NCBI RefSeq assembly: GCF_006345805.1
Contig: NC_043005.1
Location: 65,720,001-65,784,000, forward strand
Source of the DNA: Octopus sinensis
Lineage: Eukaryota
DNA length: 64,000 nt
Reading direction: 5' to 3'
The notes under the pieces are model-generated. The model was not told the origin of the DNA. It worked only from the letters and a program-made list of their open reading frames with translations, and ran no database searches. Position 1 is the stretch's first letter, and the number at the start of each line of letters is the position of its first letter. A program made the translations under genes and the position numbers. This document shows positions 1-13,564 of this stretch, one piece after another.

Positions 1-679
1 CTGGCTCAAAGTGAAGAACTCAACACTCATCTTGGGTTAGGAAACTTTCAACGAAACCAGTGGATCTGCTTCAAACAATGTCAGATTTCCTTGTGATGTA
101 TCAGCCCAATACGCTTTTGATCAGATGTCAGAAGGTGTAGTATCCACCGAACAGAAACGTTCGTCATGCCAAGTTCATTGGGCAAAATATTCTCAACATT
201 TTCATGAGATATGCTCATAGCTTTGGTTATTTGATTTATAGTCAAACGACTGCCATCCATCACCATGTGCTGAACACGATCAATGTTTTCCTTGGTGGTG
301 GTAGTCGCAGGACGTCCGGACCTTGAGTTATCTGCAAGACTCTCCCTTCCCCTCCTAATTTAAGCTGCCCATTTTTGCCTTGTTGATAACGCTAGCGTGT
401 CATTCCCTAATATAGCAGCCTTGTCAGCATGCATGTCCTTGGGGGGGGCTAAACCATTTTTCTGTCGGTGCTTCGTAACACCACGATGCTAAATTTTGTC
501 CATTTTCAAGAGAAGTCGCTACGAGTTACTTTTGAAGTCTTCTTTGAATAGTAAGATTTCAAGTTACCTAGAAAGAAACAATGCGGTTATTATTAAGGAA
601 ACTCGAAATTAATGCATGCAAGATTTCACAGCTCTAGCATCACTCATTCAAAGTTAGATGATGAACTTTTCTGCCCACT

Positions 680-683
<4 letters not shown>
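1..683 (-). mobile_element. Degenerate mariner transposon, 5' part (truncated by window start), in the VGAT intron
   Basis: Minus-strand translation from ATG at about 503 gives MDKI*HRGV...SRSGRPATTTTKENIDRVQHMVMDGSRLTINQITKAMSISHENVENIL...VSVRWILHLLTSDQKR, the mariner N-terminal HTH region, with stops and frameshifts. A TIR-like end (rc CGAGAGTGGGCAGAAAAGTTCATC) lies at about 660-683. Confidence 0.85.
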
Positions 684-720
<37 letters not shown>

Positions 721-871
721 TGAGCGTTGGCGAATACAGTTAAGTTAGTACTGCACCGGTTACGATTCCTATTAAAGCTATATCAGATCACTAATTTTTG
801 AAGCTCCATGGAAACGTATAAGCGATTGCCTTTCCGCCCCAACTCCTTCTATAACTCTGTGTGTGTGTGCG

Positions 872-921
<50 letters not shown>

Positions 922-931
922 GTGTGTGTGT

Positions 932-976
<45 letters not shown>

Positions 977-1139
977 TAAGCATAGTGAAAAGAAATTAAT
1001 TTTATTCCTAGGCCAGCTGAAAGAAAATGTATTTTTCTTGTCTTCAAATTTAACTTGCTTTTAAAAACCAATTTCTGAACGTTCTAATAATGCCTTTTCG
1101 TTTATACCAAATCCTTATATTTTAATATTTTTGTTTCAG

Positions 1140-2154
1140 ATTCGGTGGTAAGATCGTCAACGTCGCTCAGCTGATAGAATTACTAATGACTTGCATTCTG
1201 TACGTATTACTCAGCGGGGAACTGATTTTGGGAAGTTTCCCTGAGTCGCCTATCAGTCTCACATTCTGGATAATGATCGCAACAACTCCGCTACTGAGCT
1301 ACGCTTTTTTAAAGTCCTTGCGTGGTGTCTCTTGGCTCAGTTTTTGGTGCACCATGGCTCATATGGCAATTAATGCATTTATTTTAATTTTTTGCTTTAC
1401 ACGGGCCACCGAATGGCAGTGGAAATCAGTCCAGATTAAAGTTGATGTTTGGACATTCCCCATTTCCATTGGTATTGTAGTTTTCAGCTATACCTCACAG
1501 ATATTTCTACCAACACTAGAAGAAAACATGGAAGATCGTTCCCGGTTTCACTGCATGATGCATTGGACTCACATAGCAGCAGCATTTTTCAAAGTGTTGT
1601 TCTCGTATATCTGTTTCTTAACATGGGGAAATGGAACGCAGGAAGTGATCACAAATAATTTACCAACTCAGAGCCTAAAGATTGTCGTCAATTTAATTCT
1701 TGTAGCAAAATCCACTCTTTCCTATCCACTTCCATACTATGCAGCCGTGGAGATGATTCAGACTACATATTTCAACGGAAAACCTTCGACTTATTTTCCT
1801 TCTTGTTTTGACGAGAACTGTCGCCTCAAAATATGGGCAGGATGTCTGAGAATTGGTCTTGTCCTAGCTACAATGGCAATGGCTATATTTATTCCTCATT
1901 TCGCAATACTTATGGGTTTGATCGGTAGCTTCACTGGTACTATGCTTTCTTTTGTTTGGCCGTGTTTCTTTCATATCAGAATTAAAGGCAAAATACTTCC
2001 ATGGTACACAAAAGTATTAGATATTAGTATCATTATAATCGGCGTTGTTGTAGGTTCCATTGGAATATATTATTCTTTCAGGGCACTTAGTTTAGCTTTC
2101 CGTGGTATACCAACAACACCATTTCATGCGAGGGACTTTCACAAAAGTCTATAA
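1140..2154 (+). CDS. SLC32A1: Vesicular inhibitory amino acid (GABA/glycine) transporter, terminal coding exon; upstream exon(s) outside window
   Basis: A polypyrimidine tract and ttgtttcAG acceptor end at 1139. The frame is open from 1141 (FGGKIVNVAQLIELLMTCILY) through the track ORF to TAA at 2152-2154. Motifs IELLMTCILY, FSYTSQIFLPTLE, LVAKSTLSYPLP and GLIGSFTG plus many hydrophobic segments match VGAT/UNC-47. The true exon start is upstream of the track's Met 1186. Confidence 0.93.
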
Positions 2155-2775
2155 GATTAGGATTTTACATATGTTATTGCAGTTCCAAAATACGTCTGTT
2201 TTTTAAAATGATATTTTGGTTTCAAGCATTTTAACTTTGAATATTGATGTTGCTGTTATTTATTGATATGTCATGTTCTTCAAAAGATGTATAGAATAGA
2301 GTTTCTATATTTTTGTCAAAATCAAGAGACAGCTCTATGCATTTTATATCCTGCAATCCCTCCTCTGAGATGAAAATGAATACTGAACACTCAATAGTAA
2401 TAACAAATTGTTAAAAAGAAATTTCATTAATTCTAGATGATGTTAAATTATTGCTTTGGTTTTTTGAAAGAAAAATTCGGCTTAGATATCTTGAATGCGA
2501 TCTTTAATTATCATATGTAGATTATCAGTGGCCTGCATAGTTTCTAAATACACTTTCACATTAATTATCATATTAATGTGAATATTCAACAAACATTTAG
2601 AAGTTTGTTTGTTTATTCTTTATTTAGCTATATTCGAGAGCCATTATTTCCGCTTATATATTGTACATAGGCGCTAGTCATAGGCCCAACTAATTTCTAC
2701 TTAGTTGTACGGCACACTCAGCGACTAAATACCTCGATTACCAGATGTGCATTGTGAAGGTCGTGTACTGTCATA

Positions 2776-2781
2776 AATAAA
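2776..2781 (+). promoter_or_regulatory. Candidate polyadenylation signal for VGAT
   Basis: AATAAA lies about 620 nt after the stop codon and is followed by a GT-rich tract (about 2786-2820). No transcript evidence. Confidence 0.4.
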
Positions 2782-2818
2782 CAGATGTGTGTATTCGTGA
2801 GTGAGTGCTTGTGTGTTT

Positions 2819-2879
<61 letters not shown>

Positions 2880-2963
2880 TAGGATAATATCGATATTTAA
2901 ATATCGATCTTATCAAGTGGTGACCATGGGAATAAATACCATACAAAGGTAATAATTATTTAA

Positions 2964-3138
2964 AACTATAAATTAGGGTATCTGAGAGATACCACCATGC
3001 TGAAATAGCAGTCAAAACCCTGACCCTAAAGCCACCTTAAATGTTCATATCGCGCCAGGAGAGAAGGCAGAGAGACAGGGTCAGGGTTTTGACTGCTATT
3101 TCAGCATGGTGGTATCTCTCAGATACCCTAATTTATAG

Positions 3139-3140
<2 letters not shown>
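2964..3140. repeat. Perfect 64-bp inverted repeat with 49-nt spacer, next to (TA)n
   Basis: 2964-3027 (aactataaattagggtatctg...aaaaccctgaccct) is the exact reverse complement of 3077-3140. Confidence 0.95.
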
Positions 3141-3233
<93 letters not shown>

Positions 3234-3317
3234 GATGACAAAAGAATTTTAAAAAACCACATAACAAGAAACAAGAAGATGGGATGATTTCAAGATCAAA
3301 ATTATTAGACTCAGAGA

Positions 3318-3362
3318 AACGGTAATAATTAGTTATGTTTCGACATTGTCTTTCTTCTGAAA
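3318..3362 (-). ncRNA. Degenerate minimal hammerhead-like motif (U4>A) in a Penelope-like terminal remnant
   Basis: The minus strand reads CAGAAGA-AA-GAC-AAU-GUC-GAAAC-AUAAC. It differs from the CUGANGA core at one position, and the flanking architecture resembles 20400-20600. Confidence 0.35.
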
Positions 3363-3965
3363 TTAGTGTAAAGTGGAAACAGAGGAGGAAACGTGAAGAA
3401 AAACAGAAAACAATGAATGAGCAATGTTGGCAAAATCCCACGTGAAGCTTGTCTACGAAAGAGCTGTTGACTCATAATTGCACACAGCGCATTTTTGGAT
3501 AAATGTTTCTGCAGCAAAAGATTGTGTGAACAAGATATGTAAAAGTAAGACCTCAAAATGAACCACAGAGTTCTTTCTTATTCATTAGAAGATGGAAATT
3601 TTAGTAACTGTTACTCCGAGTTTCTCATTGCAGATCTTCGGATGGTAAGATCCGAAGATTGACAAGTGAAGTTCAGAATAATGTTTTCTGAACTTTTCAT
3701 GTATGATAGATAGATAGATAAGTTTCTTTATTGGCCACACAGGGCTGCACACAGATGGGACAAGTTACAAGGTAGAGCTTTTCTTTTGGGAGATGAAAAA
3801 AACAAAAAACAAAAGAAACAAAAAAAAGGGGTGGCGTAGGTTTTCGATCAAGAGGGATCGTAAAAGGGAAGAAAAGAACAAAAAATAAAATAAAATAAAA
3901 TAAAATAAAAAATAAAAAAAGAAGAAAAAAAAGAAAAGGAAAAGGAACAAAAGAAAAGAGAAATG

Positions 3966-3966
<1 letters not shown>

Positions 3967-4030
<64 letters not shown>
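3967..4030. repeat. (GATA)n microsatellite
   Basis: Run of tandem GATA units, preceded by an A-rich low-complexity tract at 3800-3965. Confidence 0.97.
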
Positions 4031-4031
<1 letters not shown>

Positions 4032-4649
4032 GGGTGGGGAGGAAGAAGGAGCGAGAGGGGAGGATAAATTGATTGATAGATGGAGATAGAGATAAGTAGA
4101 GGTGTGTGTGCTTGTCGCTAGTTAGGATAATTAAGCTGGAATTAACTCGGTTTTCCATGGCATAAAAATGAATAGAGTGCAATACTTTTTTCCCGAAACG
4201 GAACGCCAGTCCGTCGCAGAATTCAGCCTCTGCTGCAGCTGTAACTCATTTTCATCTGAGTTAATTGGAGCAACGTGAAGTAAAATGTTTTAAACACAAA
4301 GACACAAAGCGCCTCCTTGGCCGTGAATTGAAACTACGATCTTAGGATCGAGAGTCATTTGTTTAACGTTTCTAAATAAGGCTGGTTGTCAAGTAATAAT
4401 GTATATAAGTCTTATCTGTATTAATTTGGATTGTGTGAAGAAATGAGGTGTTAGACGAGAGCTCGGTGTTATAATAGCTTTGTTTAGAAGCTGTGGTTGT
4501 CTCACAACATAGAGTCAGTATATTGAACGATCAGGGGCATGCTTTTTTTGTGGTTTTTAAACTTGAGTAATTCAAATATTTTTCAAACTACTAACACAAT
4601 GTGTTTTCAGTGCTCTTGTCTTTTGCTTGTCTTCTTAAGCTTTCTGGCT

Positions 4650-4779
<130 letters not shown>

Positions 4780-5628
4780 GGGGCTAGAAATCTTGCCAAA
4801 TTTGACATGAAGGGCAGATGCATCACAAAATATAAGGCTATAAACGAAAAAAAAACGTGAACAAGGGATGATAACTCATTTACTTTAAAAGTTACATTTG
4901 TTGAATTCTAAAGAATATACTTTCATAAAAATTTCAATGAAATGGATATTTATACTCACGAGCACGTGCTCATGTATACAAAATAAAATACATACGCACA
5001 CACATATACACACACGTACCTACGTCCGTACTTATGTATGTATGCATGTATTTAACCCGAGTGTTTGAATATATAAATTTCAGTATCAAATTGTAGAAAG
5101 ATCAGTGGAATAACTATCAAATGTATGCGTGTGTATCCATAGTGGAGGTTTGCCAGTGTCTGTCAGAGTAGAAACCTAGCGATGGCAGAATTTTCTACTG
5201 AGCAATGATATATTTATCTGCACGAGGTCGCCTTCTAAGTATTTCAGTTCTTATGTTCAGATACTAGGCATTGTAAAACCCATAAAATATGTGCTCCCTC
5301 CTGTTGTGCAAAGCTTGTATTTTTTAATCTGTTGACGTATGGTCATGATTTTTTAAGAATCCTTTATCTGATTCGAGTCTTGGCATCTTGGAATTGTCGA
5401 AAGATGTGCTGCACTTATGAAAGCTTATAAAAACTTTAACAATATTCTTTTATAACCAAAGCACATATTTAAGAAACCTCAACAAGAATCCTATGATGCT
5501 AGCCAATTAAAGCATACTGAAGGAACGAAACGTTCGGTACAACAGATGCCATCAAAGAGTGTACTCCTTCTGAGTACAGTCGGTATATTTGCGCAGAACT
5601 TAAATAGAATTTCTATATCCTGTGTTAA

Positions 5629-5955
5629 AGGAACACTCCGTCGGTTACGACGATGAGGGTCCCAGCTGATACGATCAACGGAACAGCCTGCTCGTGGAAT
5701 TAACGTGCAAATGACTGAGCAATCCACAGACACGTGTACGGCTAATGTAGTTCTCAGGGAGATTCAGCGTGACACAGAGTGTGACAAGGCCGGCCCTTTG
5801 AAATACAGGTACAACTCATTTTTGCCAGCTGAGTAGACTGGAGCAACGTGAAATAAAGTGTCTTGCTCAAGGACACAACGCGTCGCCGGGAATCGAACTC
5901 ACGACCTTACAATCGTGAGCCGAATGCCCCTAACCATTAAGCCACGCGCCTTCAC
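5629..5955 (-). mobile_element. tRNA-headed SINE with Deu/Nin-like central domain, full length, 13-bp TSD
   Basis: The rc begins GGCGCGTGGCTTAATGGTTAGG (A box)...GAGTTCGATTCCC (B box), then GTGTCCTTGAGCAAGACACT...GCTCCAGTCTACTCAGCTG. TSD TATCCTGTGTTAA is at 5616-5628 and 5956-5968. The central-domain name is from recall and needs a Dfam check. Confidence 0.85.
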
Positions 5956-6677
5956 TATCCTGTGTTAATATTGAATGAATACATATTTTATCGACATTAA
6001 ATTCCGCGTGTGTGTGTGTGTGTATTACACAGTTAGATATCTCCTTCCTCGAGAATATTTTTCCGTGACAAAATGCAGTGAATGGACTTCTTAGGGTTCG
6101 AATATGTCTCGAACGTATTTGAACTGGTTACCGAAAAAAATAAGTTTATATAAATCACAGCTTAGCACTTCTAATCCATATCTGTGTGTGTGTGTGTCTG
6201 TGTGTGGAAGGGTTGTGTGTACAAATATATATAGAAAGAGATAGGAAGAAAAAGAGAGACACAAAGAGTTGGGAAGCGAGTTAATAATAAAACATAAGAA
6301 CTTCACATATATTTATAGCATTGGGGGTGTTCTTGTGGTTATTTTCTTTCAATGCATACAGAAAGTTCCAGGCATATTTTAGCGTATTTTACGTTCGGAA
6401 ATTAATAACATGGTGTTGAGAAATATTCAAAGTGTAACTTCCATCAACTATGACTATGTGTTCATGAAGTTTGTTCCGTAACATTTGGTTCCGGGTTCAA
6501 TTCCATTGCGATACAGCTTGGGAAAGTATCTCCAGCCTTGGGTGAATTCTTGGGTCAATCGATAATCAATATTTTGTAATGGAATTTGGTAGACGTAAAC
6601 TGTATAGGAAGCCGCCACAGATATACACGTATGTACCGCACACGCACACACATATATGCGTGTATGTACGTGTGTAC

Positions 6678-6709
<32 letters not shown>

Positions 6710-7870
6710 GTATGTATGCATGCATGTATGTACGATCGCTCACATTGCATCATGCTTGCATGCCTGTCATATAACAATGCTATTACTAATATAATCTCGT
6801 ACAATGTCACATAATCAGGCCGTTGGCAATTAAACCGTTCCCTTGGCCGGAGCAATCTGGTAAGAAAGGCTGCTCGAAACCCAAAGACTAGAAACCTAGT
6901 AGGTGAAGGCGAGTGGCCTAGTGAGATCATGATTTTGATTCCCAGACTGTTTGTACGTTTGCGTAGCTCCAGTCGACTCAGCTGCAAATGGGTAACTTTG
7001 TGGTAAATCGGCGTACATGGGTGAGATGTTGATTCAAAACTGGCGAGCCACGTTTCGCATTTAGCGATCGAAAGGATAAATGCTACAACCCGTACTGTGA
7101 ATCCCAACTGGTTAGGATCGGTTGTTCAACTACGACGATATTCATTCATTCATTCAGAAACCAGGCATCTGACAAAAGGACCATTCAAAATAGCATTGGG
7201 GTCAGTGACTATCTAGAAATGGCGAACGTGCTTGAGAGGGATACATCCTAAGTTCTTTTCAGAATATCTGTTTAGGAGAAGGGTATTCTAATATTAAGCG
7301 TGGGAATCACTCAGTTTCTGCTCTTCCTAATCAATGTTGGCTCATTCAAAAGAAACCGTTCTTTCTGAAAAGTGAGTGCAGTTCTGTTCATGCTTCATTC
7401 ATTATAATTAATTTCCTGTCCGGGACTTCGTAGAACACAAATAGAAGCGGTGATGAGTCTTGAATTATAAGGGCTTGACAAACTGGGAACATTTAATTGC
7501 AAACCTGTGCGTAAGCTTTGGATACTAGTCGCGTCTTCTCTAAAGTCTGGAAATTGGCAGGTTTGGCAGCATCTGCAATTACCGAACTGTTCTTTTTAAG
7601 TATAACGTTTATCATCTATTAATTTGAAAGGACCTAAAAGAGGTGGCCCAAACAAAGCTTGCCTGATTTGAAACTGACCAGCGAACCTGCAACTAGCAGT
7701 TGTCTTCTTACACGCGGACGAAGTAAAAAAAGAGACCAAAAAATATACCAATAAACTAAATAAAATGTGCGTTAATCGCTGGCTAGTGATGAAGAACTCA
7801 TTCCAATCGCAAAATACTACATCCTTTTTCTAGCGACACGCTGTCTCTGATCTCGTAAAGAGAGAGGTAA

Positions 7871-8022
7871 GTTATATTAAATATCTGAGCGAGAGATAAA
7901 CAGTAACTGTACAAAATCGCAAAATATATTTGCCAACTAAATGTGGCCACATTTAGTTGGAAAATATATTTTACGATTCCGTACTGTTACTGTTTATCTC
8001 GCGCTTAAAGATTTTATATAAC
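7871..8022. repeat. Imperfect loop-less palindrome centred at 7946/7947
   Basis: The core ccaactaaatgtgg|ccacatttagttgg is perfect, and the arms extend about 75 bp with mismatches. Confidence 0.9.
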
Positions 8023-8329
8023 TTAACTTAAATTTAGATCGAACAAAGTAGTGAACTGTTCATATTGTCACAGAATTAGTGTTCTACAATATAGATATAG
8101 CTACTTTATTTGAAACAAGGTTGTCTGATGAAGCCAGATAGAAGAACATGAAGCCAGATAGAAGAACATGCTCTTATACGGTATATTATAAAGGAAGGTC
8201 TTATAATGAACGTCGAGAAGCTAGTCTTAGTTTAGTTGTAAAGATACATCTGGTACAGCATCTTACAGAATTGCCATTCCAATAATTTATGAATTCCGTT
8301 AGTATATATATATCCCTAATAAGTCTGTA

Positions 8330-8760
8330 TACCACGGTAATACACTTTTGCAATCCTTGGTAAAGAAATCAGCTTCAGGATTTCAAAGGCTGCAGATGCA
8401 TTCAGTGAGTTAGAAAAAGGTTTTTTGCCACAGTCAGATTTCAAAACCAGCACAAGAATAGCTGTGTATCAAGCATGTGTGCTTATAGTATCGTTATACG
8501 TGTGTGAGACGTGGACAACATGTAACAGATATCTTCAGCTTCTAGAACGTTTTCACCAGCAATGCTCGCAGTACAATATGATAATCTTTTCAAAGTGCTG
8601 CAATGAGATCATTTGTCAAATTTAGTTTTCATTAAACAAAGGCTTGGGTGGTTTGGTCATGTAATTCATCTGAAACATAGTAGATTACCGAAACAATGAC
8701 GTTCTGAATCAGGGAAAGCGTTAGGAAGGGCGTAAAGATTGACTGAAAAATGCAGTAAAA
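8330..8760 (+). mobile_element. RTE-clade LINE fragment (RT C-terminal region)
   Basis: RISKAADAFSELEK...STRIAVYQACVLIVSLYVCETWT...LERFHQQC, with stops. Confidence 0.8.
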
Positions 8761-9439
8761 AAATAATGTCAAGCCATTGGAGAAGTCCGATTGTTAGTGA
8801 TTTGAGTGTATACTGAACTAAAACTTTTTTGCATGATGTATGGAGACTGCAGAATTATTCCCTAAAAAGAACTTAAAGCAGTTTCAAACGTGAATTAACT
8901 TCACCATGAACGGCATGATACAACACATAATGTCGAAAATCAATATAATATTCTGATTTGATTTTGCATGTGGCTTGTATAATAAAGTATGCTGCTCAGA
9001 AGCTGAGTTAAAAGCATACCACCCAAATGAACAAATTCCAGCAGATAAACTGAAATGTCCAACTTATTGACATGATTTGTTTGACTGAAGTCGTTGCAAG
9101 TATCATTTGCGGCAAGAAAATATTTGCTAAGTATTGTGTCTAAGAAATGATAATATCCGAACACGAGTTGACTCCTGCAATGTATGTATGAACACAGGTA
9201 GGTAGGTAGGTAGGTAGGTAGGTAGGCAGGTAGGTACGCATCTTTCTTTCGCTGAAAGATTTAAGCATCGTTCAGAAACCGAAATTTCTATGATACATCC
9301 TTGTCCACTTCCTGTCAGAAATGTAAGGATCTAGTGATTGGCTTGGGTTTTTTCTAGCTGAAAAATTTTACGGGCGTTTAGGTAATTCTATGAAAAATTT
9401 AAGCAATTTTCATACCAACCTAAGTTTCTAACTAGGAGT

Positions 9440-9830
9440 GGTCTTCTCATTGCAAAAAATTAATAAATAACACACATGGTCGTGAAGCTTGGTCGCGAAT
9501 ACAAGCGGCCGAGATGAGGTTCCTCCAAAGAGACTTTGAAGTAACGTTACTCGATAAAGTGCATAGCATGGAGATGAGAAGAGCGCCTTCACGTAGAGTC
9601 GCTGCTTCTCTGAACCGAGAAATCACAGCTCCGATGCCGCAAACATGTTGTAAGAATGTCTCCGGAAAAAATCGCTGGACAGGTTTTACAGGCAAAATCA
9701 AAACCGGTCAGAGACCCAAAAGTAGGCCATGAACTAGCTGGTTTAATAAGATCCATGAGCTCGGTTGATCTCGCTTGAGGATTCAGGCGGATCAACAAGA
9801 GAGATTGCATCAGACAAGACCCTAGGAGAA
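9440..9830 (+). mobile_element. RTE-clade LINE 3' fragment
   Basis: MRFLQRDFEVTLLDKVHSMEMRR...GQRPKSRP resembles the RTE ORF2 C-terminus. Confidence 0.65.
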
Positions 9831-9875
9831 AGTATGCTTGAAGACTCTGCCACACACACACACACACACACACAC

Positions 9876-9906
<31 letters not shown>

Positions 9907-9945
9907 GCATCTGTAGACCAGTCCGATTTGAACCCATGACCATAT

Positions 9946-9997
<52 letters not shown>

Positions 9998-10826
9998 TAT
10001 ATATGTATATATATATACATGCATACATACACACACATGTGGTTGGGCGTGATGGTATATGAAGAGGCTTAAAATGTTTTACAAGTGAACGAGTAAAGAT
10101 CACAAAAAATATCATAAGGAGCATTAGGAAGGTGGGCTGGTAGAATCGTTTGCATGCCGGACAAAATGCTAAGCGGCATTTCGTCCGTCTTTACGTTCTG
10201 AGTCCAAATTCTGCAGAGGTCGACTTTACCTTTCATCCTATCGGGTTCGATAATAAGTACCAGTTGAGCACTGGGGGGGGGGGTCAGTGTAATCGACTTA
10301 CACCCCTCTCTCGAAATTGCTGGCCTTGTGCCAAAATTTGAAATCAGTATTATATGTATTATATGGAGCATTATCCTTATAATTATAAAGATGCCTCTGA
10401 GTGGCCCAAATTTTAAAATGAATCGAAGAAAGCGACATTCAAATTCGAACTACTTCCAACTGCTGATCCACTGTAGAACCGTACTTTTTCCTACTCTCAC
10501 TTTAACATCCTTTGTTGTGCTGGATGCCCGTGAACTCCGTCATGTGCTTCAATAGACAAGCATATTCTACCTTCTTTCTACAATACGTTCTATGTGCTTC
10601 TCAGAACATTTTCTCTTACAAATAACTTTCTTCATGCTTTCCACACATCCATACATTTTATTTAATTAAATATTTATCGCAGTTTTCCCTTATTCCAACT
10701 CAGTAGTGTTCTTGAATTCAACGGTTGTCCTCTATTTCCTCAAATATGATTAATGACTTATCATCAGAAACAGCAGCCAAACAATTAATGAAGCATGATC
10801 AAATAATTTTTTTGTTTTGTTTTTGT

Positions 10827-10859
<33 letters not shown>

Positions 10860-11899
10860 TTTCTCATTTCTTACTGCAATCTGTCACTGCAAAAGGCAAG
10901 AGTATTCAAACAAAAAATAACATTTATAAATCAACAATATAACGTTTATATAGGTATGACTTCTCTCGTGGCAAGTATTTTTATAATTTAAGTATGTACA
11001 GCAATGTTTATCCAGATTTAATAAGCTTTATACGGATTGAAAATTGTCTTCTAGGAATAAATATACAGTATTGCTCTTTGAAAACTCCAATCTGATTCGA
11101 TCTTAATAAAGGAATTGAAATTATATCAAGTGTTTGCGTTAAAAATGATTTGATAATGATGCAAGAATAAAAAAAAATATGTTGTTTTGGTGTGAACACA
11201 ATCTCTGTAACAAAATTTGCCAAATATAAAATTTAAATTTCAAATATCGCTTTGAAATGAAAACGACAGCTGGAACAGATTTCTGTTATGCTTTCTTTTA
11301 ATTGTAAACTCTGGAAACCAGTTTATAAATTCTAAATGTTTAAGCGTGTTCATTGAATTTAACAAATTGAAGAGAATATTTATTCATATTTGGGTTTTAA
11401 AATGAGTTCTGTACAGAAAACATGTTGATTATCATTACTAAATGTTACACAAAAATAATACTGTGAATATATTTTCTAGAAACAAACACACACATTAAAA
11501 CAGCAATATAACAGAACTGGGAAACATGAAATAAATATAGAATCTACCCAAAATGTACGAATGCCCCAGTGCATGCAAAGGACTATCTGAAATGTATCAT
11601 GTAATACTAAGGTCTGGCTGTTTGGAAAGTAAACATTTGTAAATATAACCAAATATACTTTAACACCGAAACCAATTTTAAACACAGTTATCCAAACACA
11701 CATATCATCTGAACACACACTTTCTATAGAGAAACTTCAGATTTAGCATTCTGTTAGAGCTATTCAAATAAACTGAATAATCAGAAATTTTTATCTTGTC
11801 TATGTGTTATTTGAAATAGGTCGGCGGATGACTAAGATTTTCTCTCTAAGGCATCCCACACACAACAAAATCCAGTATCCCAAGTCCCGAAAATGATTG

Positions 11900-13165
11900 G
11901 TACGCAGACCTGACAAAATCCCTCCACTCCTCAAAACTAAGTGGTTTTTACCTAGCAACGCAACAAATGCAAAGCCATTGTCTGAACTGCGAAAAATGAC
12001 TTCGAAACTATCTCGCCTTCCAAACTGTAATTTTATAGAATCCTCTTTCGTTCCACTTCACAACAATAACGGTTCTGTGAGCAGCAGCCCCTGAGAAAGC
12101 ATCTACTTTCCCTCTCTACTTTTCAGTCACCTTCAAATTGCACACACTTGATAAATTTCCTCTAGTTTTATCCCCCTTTCAACTCCTTCAAGTCCACCAT
12201 CTTACATACACAGACAGCAAATGCAAAAGTACCCTTGGTCACTTCAAACCAAGGACATCAATTCTGATGGTGTCTCCTCCTCCATTATTCTCAAACATCG
12301 CACCCCATAGGTATGCCCTGACTCATCAAGCTTTTCGATTTTTTTCTCTCTGCAGCGTGTCGCATCCTCAGGAAAGTAACCTGCCACCTATCACCCTATT
12401 ACACTCACTTCTAATATTTCTCCGGTAATGGGGACAACCATTAACAAGGTCGTCCTCTCACAACTTCTCTCTCTCTCTCTCACTCTCTCTCTCTCTCTAA
12501 TGAGCATCAGTACAGTTTCCTCTTCCACCTGCTAGTGTACTCTCGTCTTGGAATAATTTGATGAAAAGCAAAGCTTTTGACCGTGCCTATCATGCGTATC
12601 TCCATCCGTCTCTCACCCTCATGGATCAGAAGCTTCCTATCAGATCGCATAATTGCCACGTATGTTGACGGAGCTCTTTCTGTTCCTCATTCTATAAATT
12701 CCAGCTTACCCCAAGTATCCAGTTTTTGTGTGCCCCCCCCCCCCACTTTCTTACTTCTATACATCAATGACTTGCCGCCACATCCGACAATATTCCTCTG
12801 ACGCAGGTGAAACTACTTTTCACGTCTTCCTAACATTTTCCAGTCATGCGTGATCCATCCGTAACCGAGACACCGCACACCAAATGCACGCTGACTTCAT
12901 GACCAGAGGCAGAAAACATCTACCAATGGAGATACACCTATCTTGTCTCCTTTCAACAGCAAGAAAACACAAACAGTACTCATATCCAAGAAAACATCAT
13001 CGCACCACGCCCTCTTTAACCATGAGCCATATCCCTTCATTTTGATTGTGTCCAATCCACAAGACCGCACACTAATCACTCGGCTCAGCCCTTCCTTTAC
13101 AGAACACCGGCCAGCGGGAATTTCTTCTCAACTCATATCTTTCCCGCAGGTGTCTACATACAAAG
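11900..13165 (+). mobile_element. Old degenerate CR1/L2/Jockey-group LINE RT fragment
   Basis: Broken frames with SWIRSFLSDRII..VDGALS..HSINSSLPQVS and FLLLYINDL. It is interrupted at its 3' end by a SINE. Confidence 0.7.
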
Positions 13166-13175
13166 GTTTTACAGT

Positions 13176-13564
13176 GGATTGGAAGCACTCCGTCGGTTAC
13201 GACGATGAGGGTTCCGGTTGATCCAAATCAACGGAACAGCCTGCTCGTGAAATTAACGTGTAAGTGGCTGAGCACTCCACAGACACGTGCACCCTTAACG
13301 TAGTTCTCGGGGATATTCAGCGTGACACAGAGAGTGACAAGGCCAGCCCCTTGAAATACAGGTACAACAGAAACAGGAAGTAAGAGTGAGAGAAAGTTGT
13401 GGTGAAAGAGTACAGCAGGGATCACCACCATCCCCTGCCGGAGCCTCGTGGAGCTTTTAGGTGTTTTCGCTCAATAAACACTCACAACGCCCGGTCTGGG
13501 AATCGAAACCGCGATCCTATGACCGTGAGTCCGCTGCCCTAACCACTGGGCCATTGCGCCTCCC
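13176..13564 (-). mobile_element. tRNA-headed SINE (long-head variant), 12-bp TSD. Related copies at about 27554-27907 (TSD TTACAGATTGT), 44223-44590, 32300-32610 (+) and 54985-55255
   Basis: The head is GGAGGCGCAATGGCCCAGTGGTTAGGGCAGCGGAC...GGTTTCGATTCCC. TSD AGGTTTTACAGT is at 13164-13175 and 13565-13576. Confidence 0.9.

Noticed and set aside
911-935. One-base phase shifts in the middle of long dinucleotide runs (also about 4686, 4738, 9875, 9990, 21562)
   Set aside because: They are most simply slippage or sequencing/consensus indels, and no function can be supported.
778-1071. ORFs rich in HT, CV, YI or ER repeats here and throughout the track
   Set aside because: They are translations of (CA)n, (TA)n and (GA)n microsatellites, not genes.
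1186-1188. Track Met as the VGAT start
   Set aside because: The conserved VGAT sequence extends upstream to a canonical acceptor at 1139, so this Met is internal.
6454-7107. 217-aa minus-strand ORF
   Set aside because: It crosses a (TG)n tract and a degenerate plus-strand SINE (GCTCCAGTCGACTCAGCTG core), and shows no protein motif or splice support.
13505-13564. tRNA-like A and B boxes at SINE heads
   Set aside because: They continue directly into SINE bodies with TSDs and show no complete cloverleaf, so they are not tRNA genes.
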